A DNA stretch of 64,000 bases, taken from contig CM022668.1 of assembly GCA_012295275.1 (NCBI GenBank), positions 372,001 through 436,000 on the forward strand, given 5' to 3'. This DNA is from Chrysomallon squamiferum. Its lineage: Eukaryota > Animalia > Mollusca. The position numbers and the translations under genes are program-made. The notes under the pieces are model-generated. The model saw only the letters and a program-made list of their open reading frames with translations, searched no databases and was not told where the DNA came from. Positions 13,129 to 25,019 of the stretch are shown in pieces. Position 1 is the stretch's first letter. Each line of letters starts with the position of its first letter.

Positions 13129-16100
13129 CACTGATAATTATCTGTACAATTGTCATTATCATTATTTTTATCATAATAATCAACATTAAATAAGTTATTA
13201 TCGCTAAATTATCCAAAGCAAACTTAAAAAAGACAACTAAAAAGAAAAAGAAAAGAAGAACAAAGAAACAAATTCCTCTGATACCTTATTTATAATTTCT
13301 GAGTTTTCTCCTAACTGAACACACTGTGTTCCTCCACTGTTGTTCACTATGTTGTTCACTATGTTGTTCACTATGTAGATCACTGTCTCTTGATCTGAAT
13401 ATCAAAATTACAACAACTGTTAATTATATTTTCCTCTTAAATAAGAAAAAAGAAAAATAACATCCACATTTTTTCAATATCCTAGAAATGTTTCGTTACA
13501 AATTAACAATACTTTACAATCTTTTTAATAGAGAATTTTTATGGCAACACTATATTTTAAGATATTTATACTAAAATACATTTTTGGTGTCAAACACTGA
13601 CTTACACTCAGAGACACACCAGTTCATATATATAAATGTATAATATGGTAATATCAATATATACATAAATACAGCATCTTTAGTTTCCACTTATTTCCTT
13701 ACCATTATCCTTCTTACCTTTTCTAGAATCAGATGCTTTGTCTGTCTTGAAACCTCCTGAAATTTGAAACATAAATATTTTAACATTATGCATATTCTGA
13801 TATTTAAAAAACATGCTCTTGAAACCTCCTGAAATTTAAAAAGTAAATATTTTTACATTATATCTACTCTGATATTTTAAAAATGTGTTGACGGAAGTGT
13901 TTCAACTGCAAGTACAAAATTTGTATAAATTCAAAATGGCTGCCACCAAGTCCTGCAGAGGCCATAAATGAATTACTGGCAGATAGGAAAGTGAAATTAA
14001 AGAACCAAAATATGCTTTCCAAATTTTTGTGTGGCACTGCTGACAGCAGTAATTGACATGAATGACACAATTTATCTGGACAAATGATCACCACTGTAAT
14101 GTATGAACTTAGGTCAACTTTCTTTCCTGCCTCTGTTCAGATCATCTCTTATCTCAGTGCTGTTATTCAATCATTTACATATTAGAACACAAGCAGTTTC
14201 ATTCACTTTTACATATACAATGCTGACCCATCATTAGAGGCACAGAGGGGGATGGCATAAATGCTTATATTTTCAAGGACCTCTTGTTACACTTATTCCG
14301 AATCTTCATGTTCAGCATCAACAGTAACACAAGCAGTATTACTCCATAATGAACCAGTTGTGTAGAGTATCACAGTCTTCAATTTTATTCATGAGATACT
14401 TTCGTATCCATATTTGTCAGACACAGACATGTATTCAGTATTTATTTCTGAACCCATTCAAACCTGGTTTGAAAAGAAAACCTTTGTAAGTGATGTTTCT
14501 CTGAATCTAAACAAACTTCACACAGGTGGCCATTTTTTCTTAAACCTTCTGAAAAAACAACTTTGAGATCTGAGAAAAGGTACCAAAGGGGTTCAGGCAG
14601 AAACCTTAAATTAAATTCAAGTGATCTTAACTGAAATGAGAGTGTTGAGTATTCAATTTGTGCAGTAATTTTAATCATCCTTTGCTTTTTAGCATGCTCA
14701 TTGTCTCTCTGGAACATCATAATTATGTCATTCTGAAGGCACATTTTTGTTCACCAATAATACATTTTATGCACTTTTTTTTACCCAAAATCATCAGAAC
14801 TTTATGTAGATATTCAGATTGCCCTGCTCTCAAGTCTAACCAGAAGCAGCCATTTTGTTACAGGATATGCCATTTTTGGCACACATCTAATGGACTAGTT
14901 ACAAAATAAATGTTTAATTAAGAAGTTAGATATTCTTACCTTTTTTATAACATATTACTCCAAAAGTGATAAATGCAACAACAATAACAGTGATGATACC
15001 AGCAATCAGACCAACAGTATTAGTTCTTTCTTCTGTTTCTAAATAAAATTGAAGAAGTATTTAAATATTAATTGAAAAATGTTTTCAACATAAATAATAA
15101 ATAATTAAAAAAGGTAATTATCAAATTCCTGTTAAAAAATGAACTGAAAAGAACTGAATGTTTTTTGCATAAAACCAGAACATGAATAAAGTGATTTGTC
15201 TATTTCTAATAAATATTACAAACTATTAAAAAATATATATATTTTATAATATCAGTGCTGGGAAAATGTTCTCTTTTTACCAGTCTTGACCAATTTGTGA
15301 TCACTGGGGCTGATGTTATTTTTGAAAAACATTGTTTACTGGTAATATTTTAAAAATATTTTTGATCAAAAGCATGCCATCATTTCTGTAATTAAAATAA
15401 TTTTATTTGTAAACAGTCTCACAACAAATTAAACACTTTGAACAACTCCGACATTTACTGCATACATCTGTCAGTAGTGTTTTCTTTGTTAACATGAAAT
15501 GAACATTGTATTAACGGAGTTAACATTTTGAATTAAGACTGACTCTGATGTATTCAAGTCAACACTCTCAGGTATTTCCTACAATGGTGATTACAAGTCA
15601 TGTGGAAAAAAAATAAAATAAAATAAAAAGAATTCACTAAGATAGGCACCAGTTTATCTGCTTTATATTTCTTTTTGGAGCAGGAATTAGCCTAAACCTT
15701 GATTTCTTAAAACATGTAGATGATACTGCTGCTCACAGTCATTAATGGTTTGAGATAAGATATTTAATAACACTAAAAATTAATGTCATATATTTAAGTA
15801 AGAATTTATCATCATCCAGTCATTGTTCATGTTATTAGTAGTTGTGCCATCAGTTTCTGTCAAATCCACTTAACCATTCAACCAACAAAACATTTGACAT
15901 TTATTAACATTCAACATGATGTCTGTTTACATGCACACAAATAGATATATAGACAGACAAACAGAGATCAATAGACAGACTGACAGACAGATAAAAAATA
16001 AAAAAGAGAGATAACAAAAGGTAAAGAAGTTTGATATTACCAGATACTGATGGCTTTCTGGTTGTCCTGAAGAAGAAAAAGAAAAAAAAAATGTCAGTCA

Positions 16101-18560
16101 ACAAATTCTAAAATATTTACTATGAAAATGGTATTTTTCAGTATCTTAATCACATGTCTGTATGTAAATTAACTATCTTAACAGACATTACATACATAAA
16201 CTATGTACAAACCTATACCTACAGAAACAATGTTCACATTAATTCTATCACTTCATCTACAACAAAATATGTACATATTCATGCATGCATAAACACACAC
16301 ATACAAAAAACAACAACAAACCTTTCAGTCTCTGCTGTTGATTTTTCAGCTGTTTTTTCAGTTGTTGTAGTATCAAGAACACAGTGAAAACCTTTAAATA
16401 AACAAAAACCAAATTCAAAAACCAGTACATGTTAAAATTGGTTTTATTTTATTTATTTATTTTTGTACAACTAATGTCAAACTATAAACATTTTCAAGTT
16501 GATAACAGAAATTAATAAAACAGTAATGTATACATATAAAAATGTTTTTAATTAAAGTTAATAACACCACAATAATACAACAAGCCAGTTATTTAAAAGA
16601 AAATGTATTTAGACTATTTATTACATCACATTTATGTGTCACACATTATTATTTTATTTCAGTAAAGGTTAATAATATCAGTGTAAATCTTTTTCCAGTA
16701 CAGAACTTTGTCTTCAACATGGAGTTTGCCTATTTTTAATAATCAGGTTTTACAAGATAAAACTCACTTGAATTGAGTTTCCCTTCACAATTACTTTTTA
16801 AGCACTTGCATGGTTCATTGAAGGTAAAACAGTGACAGTTTTCTGGTGATGGGGCATACTGTTGTTGATAGTCACAGCTACACTTTGTGTCCTCTATAGG
16901 TGTACCCTCCTTACACATCTTTTTGCCCTTCGTTTCACATGTCCTGTGTCGGTGGCTGCACACAGGAAAGATAAACGAGTATGATGCTCTCCCCACTGGC
17001 TGATAGGACCCGGCAGGACACAATTCACACTTAATAGTCCCATCTGGATAGAGTCTAGCATACAATCCTGCAAATAAAATAGTAAAAACATATATCTGTG
17101 TATGTGTGTGTTATGACAGTAAACTGTTTTTATCTCACACAGTAGGGCCCTTAACCATACCCTAATAGGGCCTTGATCAAGCTATGGAAAGTTTTCACAG
17201 TGATAGTTAGAGATACTGTTTGCTATGTTTATTTAACTTAGAAAATTGATCCTAACTTATTAAACCACAGATCACAATTTAGTTTATACCTCTTGTAGAA
17301 TTCGCAGGCAGCTATTTTTGGTTTGTTTTGTTTATTATAATAAATTATATTATTGTGCTATTAAGGAACAGTTTTGGAAAATACCGGTAACATACTGATT
17401 ATTAACCTAAATAGCTTACTTCAGTACCATCCAACATCTCATAATTAACTGGTATGCATAATTAAAGTCAGTAAATATGTACCCATTCATTTCTGTGTAT
17501 ATATATGTGTATATGTGTAATATTAAACTCTGATATAATATTGTACACTTTGTTAAGCAAAATCAAGTGGCTAAGTGATGCTATATATTAATATGCATGT
17601 ATGTAACACTATTGCTTGAATAAACTGTATTTTCAAAAGTACTTTAATACCAGGTAATTATCAAAGCAACTATACAGAAAAAAAACCATAAGGTGCCATT
17701 TTTTCCAAATCTGCACAGTGTCATTTCTTCCGGGTGCCATTTTTTCCTACAACCATTACCATATTAGGCAACTATATTTTGTGTTATTTTTGTTTAAGTC
17801 TGAAGGAGGGACAAATGGTTATTTTGTTTCTGTATGCTCTATTTTATATGTAGGTACGTGACAAAATTTTCAAAATTATTAATTTCCTCAAACATTATAC
17901 ATCATTAGAAAGAGCAAAAAAATTACTTTTAAAATGACACCAGAATCTCTTTGATAGTATTGATATGAAAAAAGTTACGAATTGTTATCAGAATAAAATC
18001 TGCAGTTATTTGGACAAAGTGTGATTTATTTCTGTCATTTTGCAGGATAAACACTGAATATGTCTTATACCTTCAGTCCACTATACATGTATTATGTATC
18101 AAAATGAAGCATTTTATGAGTTCTAAACCTGTACTGTATTTCTAAACAAGTTGCTAAAACTCATGAATTTTAATTAATTAATTAACCAGACTAATTTATT
18201 GTATGCCAATATTTCTCAGCACCCATCTGAGTTAGTCAGTCACATAACCTAAAGTGACTTGTTATTATCGATACTTTGACAAAAAGAAGTAGATATACAC
18301 TACTGACCTGGAGCACACTCTCGTGGCTGGTGACAAAATGAAATAACGCTGGAATCACCAGATTCCTGACAATGCAGTCTCTCAGTCTTCTGACAAAATT
18401 TCCACTCCAGACTCTTGTACTCTTGTGTTCCTACAGCTGGGCAGTAGTCTAAACCTAACACATTAACACAATCCAAGTTCTCAACACACAAAACTACTAC
18501 AACAAACAATACACAGACTATTTCACGTGTACAACTATTCCATTTTGTCTGGACAAACAT
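5109..18560 (-). CDS. TNF receptor superfamily-like type I membrane protein, copy A (~323 aa), RHIM-like tail, no death domain
   Basis: Exons 18560-18308, 17067-16768, 16391-16322, 16066-16041, 15038-14940, 13756-13718, 13394-13285, 12709-12671, 5144-5109. All GT-AG and phase-consistent, 972 nt in total. Signal-like IVCVLFVVVVLC; CRD CELCPAGSYQ..CSHRHRTC..G..EGTPIEDTKCSC; stalk TTTTEKTAEKST; TM VGLIAGIITVIVVAFITFGVICY followed by KK; C-terminus VPTFGENAFIT*. Confidence 0.85.
5266..6200 (+). repeat. Intronic local duplications (~430-bp tandem pair, related to 12760-13060)
   Basis: The block AATTTGTAAACTG..ATCAGT..CATCACAAGTCTGAAGTTT recurs near 5426, 5859 and 12862. Confidence 0.75.
6394..11790. 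repeat. Intronic 24-bp minisatellite (ACTCTAACAACTGAGTAACATACA)n, ~5.4 kb
   Basis: Direct tandem repeat with CACCTG/CAACTG variants and many indels. Degenerate tail to ~12040. Lies in the last intron of copy A. Confidence 0.97.
13285..13394 (-). other. RHIM-like motif exon of copy A
   Basis: TTCAG|ATC...AAG|GTATCA. Encodes DQETVIYIVNNIVNNIVNNSGGTQCVQLGENSEIINK, with VQLG at 13320-13309. Confidence 0.75.
14100..14900 (-). mobile_element. Decayed hAT-like transposase relic (internally deleted relative to copy B)
   Basis: Homologous to 38700-40200, which retains hAT-like motifs. Many stops. Confidence 0.35.
17111..18278. mobile_element. Copy-A-specific ~1.17-kb repeat-derived intronic insertion
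   Basis: The same intron is only ~145-200 bp in B (41692-41835) and C (55846-56041). No clear TIR or TSD found. Confidence 0.55.
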
Positions 18561-19539
18561 CACTGTTTACATGTATAGTTGTCACTTTTTACACAATCAG
18601 TTGTAACTTTTTACATGTACATATACAAATTAAATATTTTTGTTTTTTCTTTTTGTTCTGTGTGTTGTCAGATGACAGTATTCTGGAAACACAAGAATAT
18701 ATTCTTCAGTCAGTTATTCCTACAAGAAAATAATAATAAATATTATGTCATGATTAATATTAAGAATCAAATTTAATTATATTGGTATTTTAGCAATTAT
18801 TTTTGACAGAAAGGATTATTTTGTTAAAATAGATATGTTGTCCTTCCAGTTCATCATGCAGAGACTTCTTTGTTAACTGCTGTACACACACACTCAATGT
18901 GATGGGTGAATGATCACTATAAAAACAGGAAGATTTTATAAAATAAGAAACAAAACTGCAATTTGGGTTGCAGATTTGGCTTAAATATATTTCATTAAAA
19001 TGAGTAGACTATGACTACTACTACTACAACTACTGTTTAGTTACATATATATTAACAGTAAATTACAAACCTGTTCAAAATATGTCGTCTGATTAGAAGT
19101 TAAGGAAATATTTCAAAATGACTAGTAACTTCCAGTACTAAGCCAAAGTAATTACCAGGAAATATATTTAAAAATAAACATGATTACTACATTGGGTCAT
19201 TGTCAGGAACACAGACAATATTATTTCTGTTCAGATGGTGACACTGATTGTGTGGGGTGTTACTGACATCACTACTTACAACATTGTACATTTTTTATAT
19301 TTATGTGTATTTGTTAATTTACATGTGTTGGTATTTGTATCTTCATAATAACATTAATTTTCTTCTTTAGAAATTAGTGTCTCAGTGATGATATGTCTTT
19401 AATATAACCAAAATAATAATAATAATTACAGGAAGTTCATGTGTATATGTAATGAAAAGGCTTATGGATCAATTATTATTAATGTGTTATGTATATATAA
19501 AGGATTTTAACAGAGACTTTAATACCAGGTAATTAGTTG

Positions 19540-20427
19540 AAAAAGTATTTAAATATTAATTAAAAATGTTTTCAAATTTACCAGCAACATAAATAATAAT
19601 TAAAAAATGTTTTCAAATTTACCTGCAATATAAATAATAATTAAAAAATGTAATATCAAATTCATGTAAATCATGAACTGAAAAAGAACTGAATGTGAAT
19701 TTTCACTCTAAAAGAAGAACACGAGGAAACTGATTTGTTTATTTCTAATAAGCATTAGAAACTATTAAAAATATATATATATTTTATAATATCAGTGCTG
19801 GGAAAATGTATTTTTTTTTTTTACCGGTCTTGACCCTTTTGTGATCTTTGGGGCTAAGGTTATTTTTAAAAAACATTGTTTATAAAAAAAAAGAAAAAAA
19901 GAGATATAACAAAAGTTACAGAAGTTTTGTGTTACCAGATATGAATGGCTTTCTGGTTGTCTTGAAAAATAATATTAAGAAAAACATAATTGTCAGTCAA
20001 CACATTTTAGAATATTTTCCAGCATCTTAATTACATCTCCGTATGTAAATTAACTATCTTACATACACATTACATATACAAACACAAACACATACTATGT
20101 ACAAAGCTATACATACACGATGTACACATTAATGCTATCACTTTATCTATAATAAAATAGATACATGTTCATGCATGCATACAAACATAAGTAGTCTCTG
20201 TTGTTGATTTTTCAGTTGTTGGTTTGTCAGTGGTTGTAGTATCAAGAACACAGTGAAAGCCTTGAAATCAACAAAAACTAAATTTAAAAACCAGTACATG
20301 TTAAAATTAGTGTTATTTTATTTATTTACTTTTTAACAACTAACATCAAACTATAAACATTTTTAGTTGATAACTGAAATGAATAAAGCAGTAATATATA
20401 CATATAAAAATGTTTTTAATTTATGTT
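19540..20427 (-). pseudogene. Orphan duplicate of stalk exons plus flanking introns, in intron 1 of copy A
   Basis: TTRKPFIS-type micro-exon at 19960-19936 (acceptor altered) and FHCVLDTTT exon at ~20260-20191 (donor lost). Intron sequence resembles copy B 40780-40860. Confidence 0.7.
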
Positions 20428-21335
20428 TTATACCATGTAATTAGTTCTTGTTAACACAATCAGTAGAAATGATAACGGGCAGATATATTAGTATTAGTAT
20501 GCAAGGTGTCCAAGTGCCTGAAATAAACATGAGATCACATCCATTAATCTGTTGTCAACTAGGTGTTTATGTGTTCAAAGACAACAGAACCCCTGCTATT
20601 TAATAAACAATGAACTTAAAATTCCAAAATGAAGTTAATTACATTTGTTAATGATTACTTTTAACACATGGGTTTGGGTGAAACTGATATCAGTTAAAAC
20701 TGAATGAACTGCAAGATGTTCTTAAGTGATTTAATAATCACCTATTTTATATTGATAGACTATTTCATTAGTATCAAACTGAGTAGAACTATATTAATGG
20801 CATTACCAGTTTCATATTATGTTACTTCTACTTGAACATATGATAACAGTATGGATAGAGAATGATATCATGTATAATAATATGGATAGGAGTTTTACTT
20901 ATGGATAACTCCTCAAAGAGGACATGACTAATGAACTTTGGCTGTTGATATAAATATTTAAATGAATGTAATAGACGGGTTCCAAGTGATGTCACAAAAA
21001 GGAAATTGGCTATCTTTGGCACAATGAAAGTGTTTGTTACTTATCAATCACAGTGAGGCATGGCATACAAGAGAAGTTGTACAATGCCAAAGAAAAAATA
21101 ATGTTATTGTAACGTTGAGGAGGTTACAACAGATCAGTGTGATGTAGAAAAAATCCACTATTATGTCATTCCAGCTATAAAAAAACATCAAGGTGAAAAA
21201 ATTGAGGAACTGAGCAGTGATTATGGCTGCAAAGTTGAATTAAAACATGGTTTACAAAAATCTAGCAAATGTTCAAATTTGTTCAGAACATTTTATAAAC
21301 AGCATATATTTTTCAGTAGTAGTAGCATCATTACA

Positions 21336-21374
<39 letters not shown>

Positions 21375-21499
21375 CATACATACTTTTTTGCATTTGTTTA
21401 AACAATTGTTTTCCATGATAAGCAATAATTAAAATCTTGTGTGTGTGTATATAAACATATATAAACAAAAAGGAGAACAAAAAGATATTTCACATTTAT

Positions 21500-21680
21500 A
21501 GTTTGAGGATACTTTTCAGAAGTAATTTATGTCATGATTATGAATATGAAGACTTTAGTCAGTTGGCCAGAATGTGAAAATTGAGAAAAACAATGCCAAT
21601 GCAGTTTTGCAAAAGTAGCCATAATTATACACTATTTTGAGATTTTATTAAAAGACCCTCAAACATACTGACAAGGGCAC
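21500..21680 (+). mobile_element. ISL2EU/PIF-Harbinger-type transposase fragment
   Basis: Frameshifted peptides LVSWPE..RKTMPMQF..IIIHYFEI.IKRPSNILTRA match the DDE_Tnp_4-type transposase pattern. Truncated by a deletion relative to copy C. Confidence 0.65.
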
Positions 21681-21780
21681 ATATGTTTTATGATTGTATA
21701 ATGTATTATCAAGTCATCTGAATATCATAATTAAATAATTAACATGAAATATAACTTGTGTTGTGTTTATTTCTCTAGTG

Positions 21781-22170
21781 CAGTGATTCTCAACCGCCGT
21801 GTCGCGAAACTTTGTGACGAACACCTGAAAAAACGGACAATGTGCATAAATCTCCGTTTCATGTTCTACTAATATGCCTTGGAGGAAGGAACTTCCTTTC
21901 TCCAGTGAATATGCACACATTCAAAGTCCACCAATCAGTGGCCGCCACCAACCTTTGCACCTTTCGCTCAAGGTCGATCAGTTGCCCATGAGACGTCAGT
22001 GTGATAGGTTGTGTGTGTGGTGTTGTTCCGCACTGGTCGTGTGTGCGCGTGCGTAATGCCGATTGCCGAATTAACGATCTCATCATATAATATTTAAAAT
22101 TATTACTGTGTCGCGACAGTTTCATGCGCTCGTAGGTATGTCGAGAGTAAAAAAAGGTTGAGAAACACTG
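21781..22170. mobile_element. Non-autonomous hAT (Charlie-like) MITE, 390 bp
   Basis: TIRs CAGTGATTCTCAACC / GGTTGAGAAACACTG. 8-bp TSD CTCTAGTG at 21773-21780 and 22171-22178. Confidence 0.92.
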
Positions 22171-22459
22171 CTCTAGTGGATAGACAGACTTATTGATTTA
22201 TATAGATTTAGCGTTAATATTCCTTGTTAGCTGGCCCTTAAAGCACCTTGTTACCCTAGGCTGAGCCTTAATAAAATATCTAAGATGTTTAATGGTGTGG
22301 GCCCCATGACAACAGCATATAGGGGTTTGGCATATCGGACACATTGGGAAGTGTATCATACACTGTATGTGCTAGGACAGTGATTTTGTGAGCGACATAT
22401 TTATAAATATAAATATAATATAATGAGTAACTAATGATAACTAATAATATAAATATTAC

Positions 22460-22560
22460 CTACAATTTCACATTATCCAGAATTCCTCCCGTTACAATAG
22501 TAACAAATAATAAACAATAAATAGCTATACAGAGAGAATTCGGGTTATTTCTGATATTTT
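22460..22560 (-). other. Putative non-coding first exon of copy A
   Basis: Donor TAG|GTAATA at 22460/22459. Block GAATTCGGGTTATTTCTGATATTTTC is shared with copy B at 43236. Confidence 0.45.
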
Positions 22561-22588
22561 CATATTCTATCTTCATGTTTACCCAGTT

Positions 22589-22599
22589 GGGGATTTCCC
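22589..22599. promoter_or_regulatory. NF-kB (kB) site GGGGATTTCCC upstream of copy A
   Basis: Matches GGGRNWYYCC. Positionally conserved in B and C. Confidence 0.65.
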
Positions 22600-25019
22600 T
22601 TATCTTATACTTGCTTATCGCACGTCAGTCCTCTCAAATAAATAGTTTCCGGTCTCAGTAACTGGATAAACTTCTAACATATAAAACTGTTATTATAAAA
22701 TAAAACATGTGTTTCAGAACTGTAGCAGAAATAAAATTTCGGTTATATAATTGAATTTATTTAAGAAAAATAATATTTGTTATATATAATATTATAACAC
22801 ATCGGACATGTTTGTTCGCTAGCTCAGCAGATGCATGAAAATCAAATTTTTGATATCTGTTTATTCCGTTGTAGTCATCTCAAATTTGATATTTTATAAT
22901 TAATCTCAATTTTAGAATTTGTTTTCTTGTTAATAGTAAATTTTGAAATATTAGGCCAAATCACTATTTTAAAAAAAAAAAAAAAAAAATCACATCCGCA
23001 GTATCGGATGTATTTACTTCTGTCATGACGAGCAAATTTGTGTTATTTTCAGATTCGAGTCGTTCATGTTTGAGACCGGTTATTGGCAGCACAAATCTGT
23101 TAACAATTAAAATCTAGATAAAAAATCAAACCCTTTCATGTAAGTTTAAAGTTATTCCTGTTTGAAATAGTATATCATAATCTTATGCTTGGCTATTGAA
23201 AATCAAAATATTAATGCCACATACTTCCCTAGTACAGAGTAGAATTTGCAGGCACAGGCTTTATTATTATAAAAATATATTTAAGAACACGGGTTCTTAA
23301 CTGTTAGGGTACTAAAAATGGACTATATAAACCACTTATGTCTGACCTATAGACAACTAAATGCTGTGACATAAATAACATTGGCAACATTAACCTTATT
23401 CTTTCAGAGAGAACAAAATGCTGTGACATCAATCACTATGTTTGGTCTAAACTGTTGGTTTTCAGACCTTTTTATATTCTTACATGTGTCAGTAATTCAA
23501 TTACACTTTGTGTGTATATTTCTCACTAATTGTTATATTAAAACTGCCAGAAACTATTATTTCTACTATGGGTTAGTTGTTTTCAACAGCAGACAATAGC
23601 GCATTCTTAATTTCACTTTTGCTTTTCAGGTTTCATAATTTTACAAGTTCTCATATTTCTTCACTTTATTTTTGCAGTGTATTAAAAGTGGAAAATGTCT
23701 ATCGTTTCTTGAAATGCCTTATCCAGCGTTGAATTGTGGTGTGACCTTTGTATGGGATGACACAATTAAGGTATTTGTATTTAACATTTTATTTTTTATT
23801 TTTTTATAAGATCAGTGTATATATATTTTGTTGTGATTTGAGATATTTTTTGTCATATCCTGCGTTTTTTAACAGTACTAACAAAACATTTCAGATTGAT
23901 ATGTCACAAGAGGATCGGATTTGTGAGGAGGAGTAAGCATATGAGGGCAATGTTTGTGATGTAGGTACACCACAAGATGATAGCTCTTATGATTACAGTA
24001 ATAATTTCTCATTATGAGAAAAAAAATGAAGACAAAATCTCAAGTAAGATGTATTTGTGCTACTTTCGTGTGTGATCTACGCTCTTATTTTAATTATTAT
24101 CTTGTTTATTCTTGGTTTTTTATTATTATTTTTCATGTCATAAATGAAACAAATTTTCCTTTTATTATATATTTATAATTTAACGAAATAAGGGATTAAA
24201 AAGTATACAAATTTGAATAATATCATCGATAAACTAGGCAAACATCTGCTAGAAACTAGAAAAAAAAGATCTTCAGAATTCTTCCTGATCTGTAACCAAC
24301 AGAAATAATCAAGGTGTGATTGGAAGGTTCAGTCCTCTCATCTTTTTCAAAATACAAATTTTCTAATCCAAGAAGGTTCTTTCAATTGCTTGAGTGTTGG
24401 CTTCAGTGTTTGGATCATCATAATTTCTGATCCAAGCTATGTCGAATCTGTTGTATTACTTTACCTGCCTGCTACACATGGTCTTATCTTACAGAAATTT
24501 CCAAGATGTTTAGCTGCTGTGGATTGCCCTTTATGTTATAGACCCCACACACAAGTTGTTTCATCATGTGTAGATCACAAGCCAAAGTAGCACCAATGTA
24601 TTCATGTTTTTTTCCCACTCACACATACATATACGTAATTACATTCAGTTAAAAACTACTTCAAACTCTTTATTACATCTATAAGTCATATATAATTTGA
24701 AAGGTATAATGTTTGACACACATTTCTGCTTTCAGTTCTTTTGAGATAAACATTTGTCTATCAAAAGAAACCAGTAATAAAAGATGTAATGCTTCAAAAG
24801 GGGTAATAAAATAATTAAGCCACAGTCATGCAAAATGATGTAGTTACAAGACACAACTGAAGTGTCCTTTGGTGATATGAACACAATTTTCATATATATC
24901 TTACATTCTTACAAATGATATTTTATTTTTAATTCATTTGTTTCTTAATTATTTTTATTATTATTATTATTATACTTTTTTTTTTGCCAGCAAGTCAAAG
25001 TTAATAATAAAGTTTAACA

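Noticed and set aside
21714-22125. Overlapping ORFs also present at 60582-60993
   Set aside because: They fall mostly within the hAT MITE; apparent conservation reflects recent duplication.
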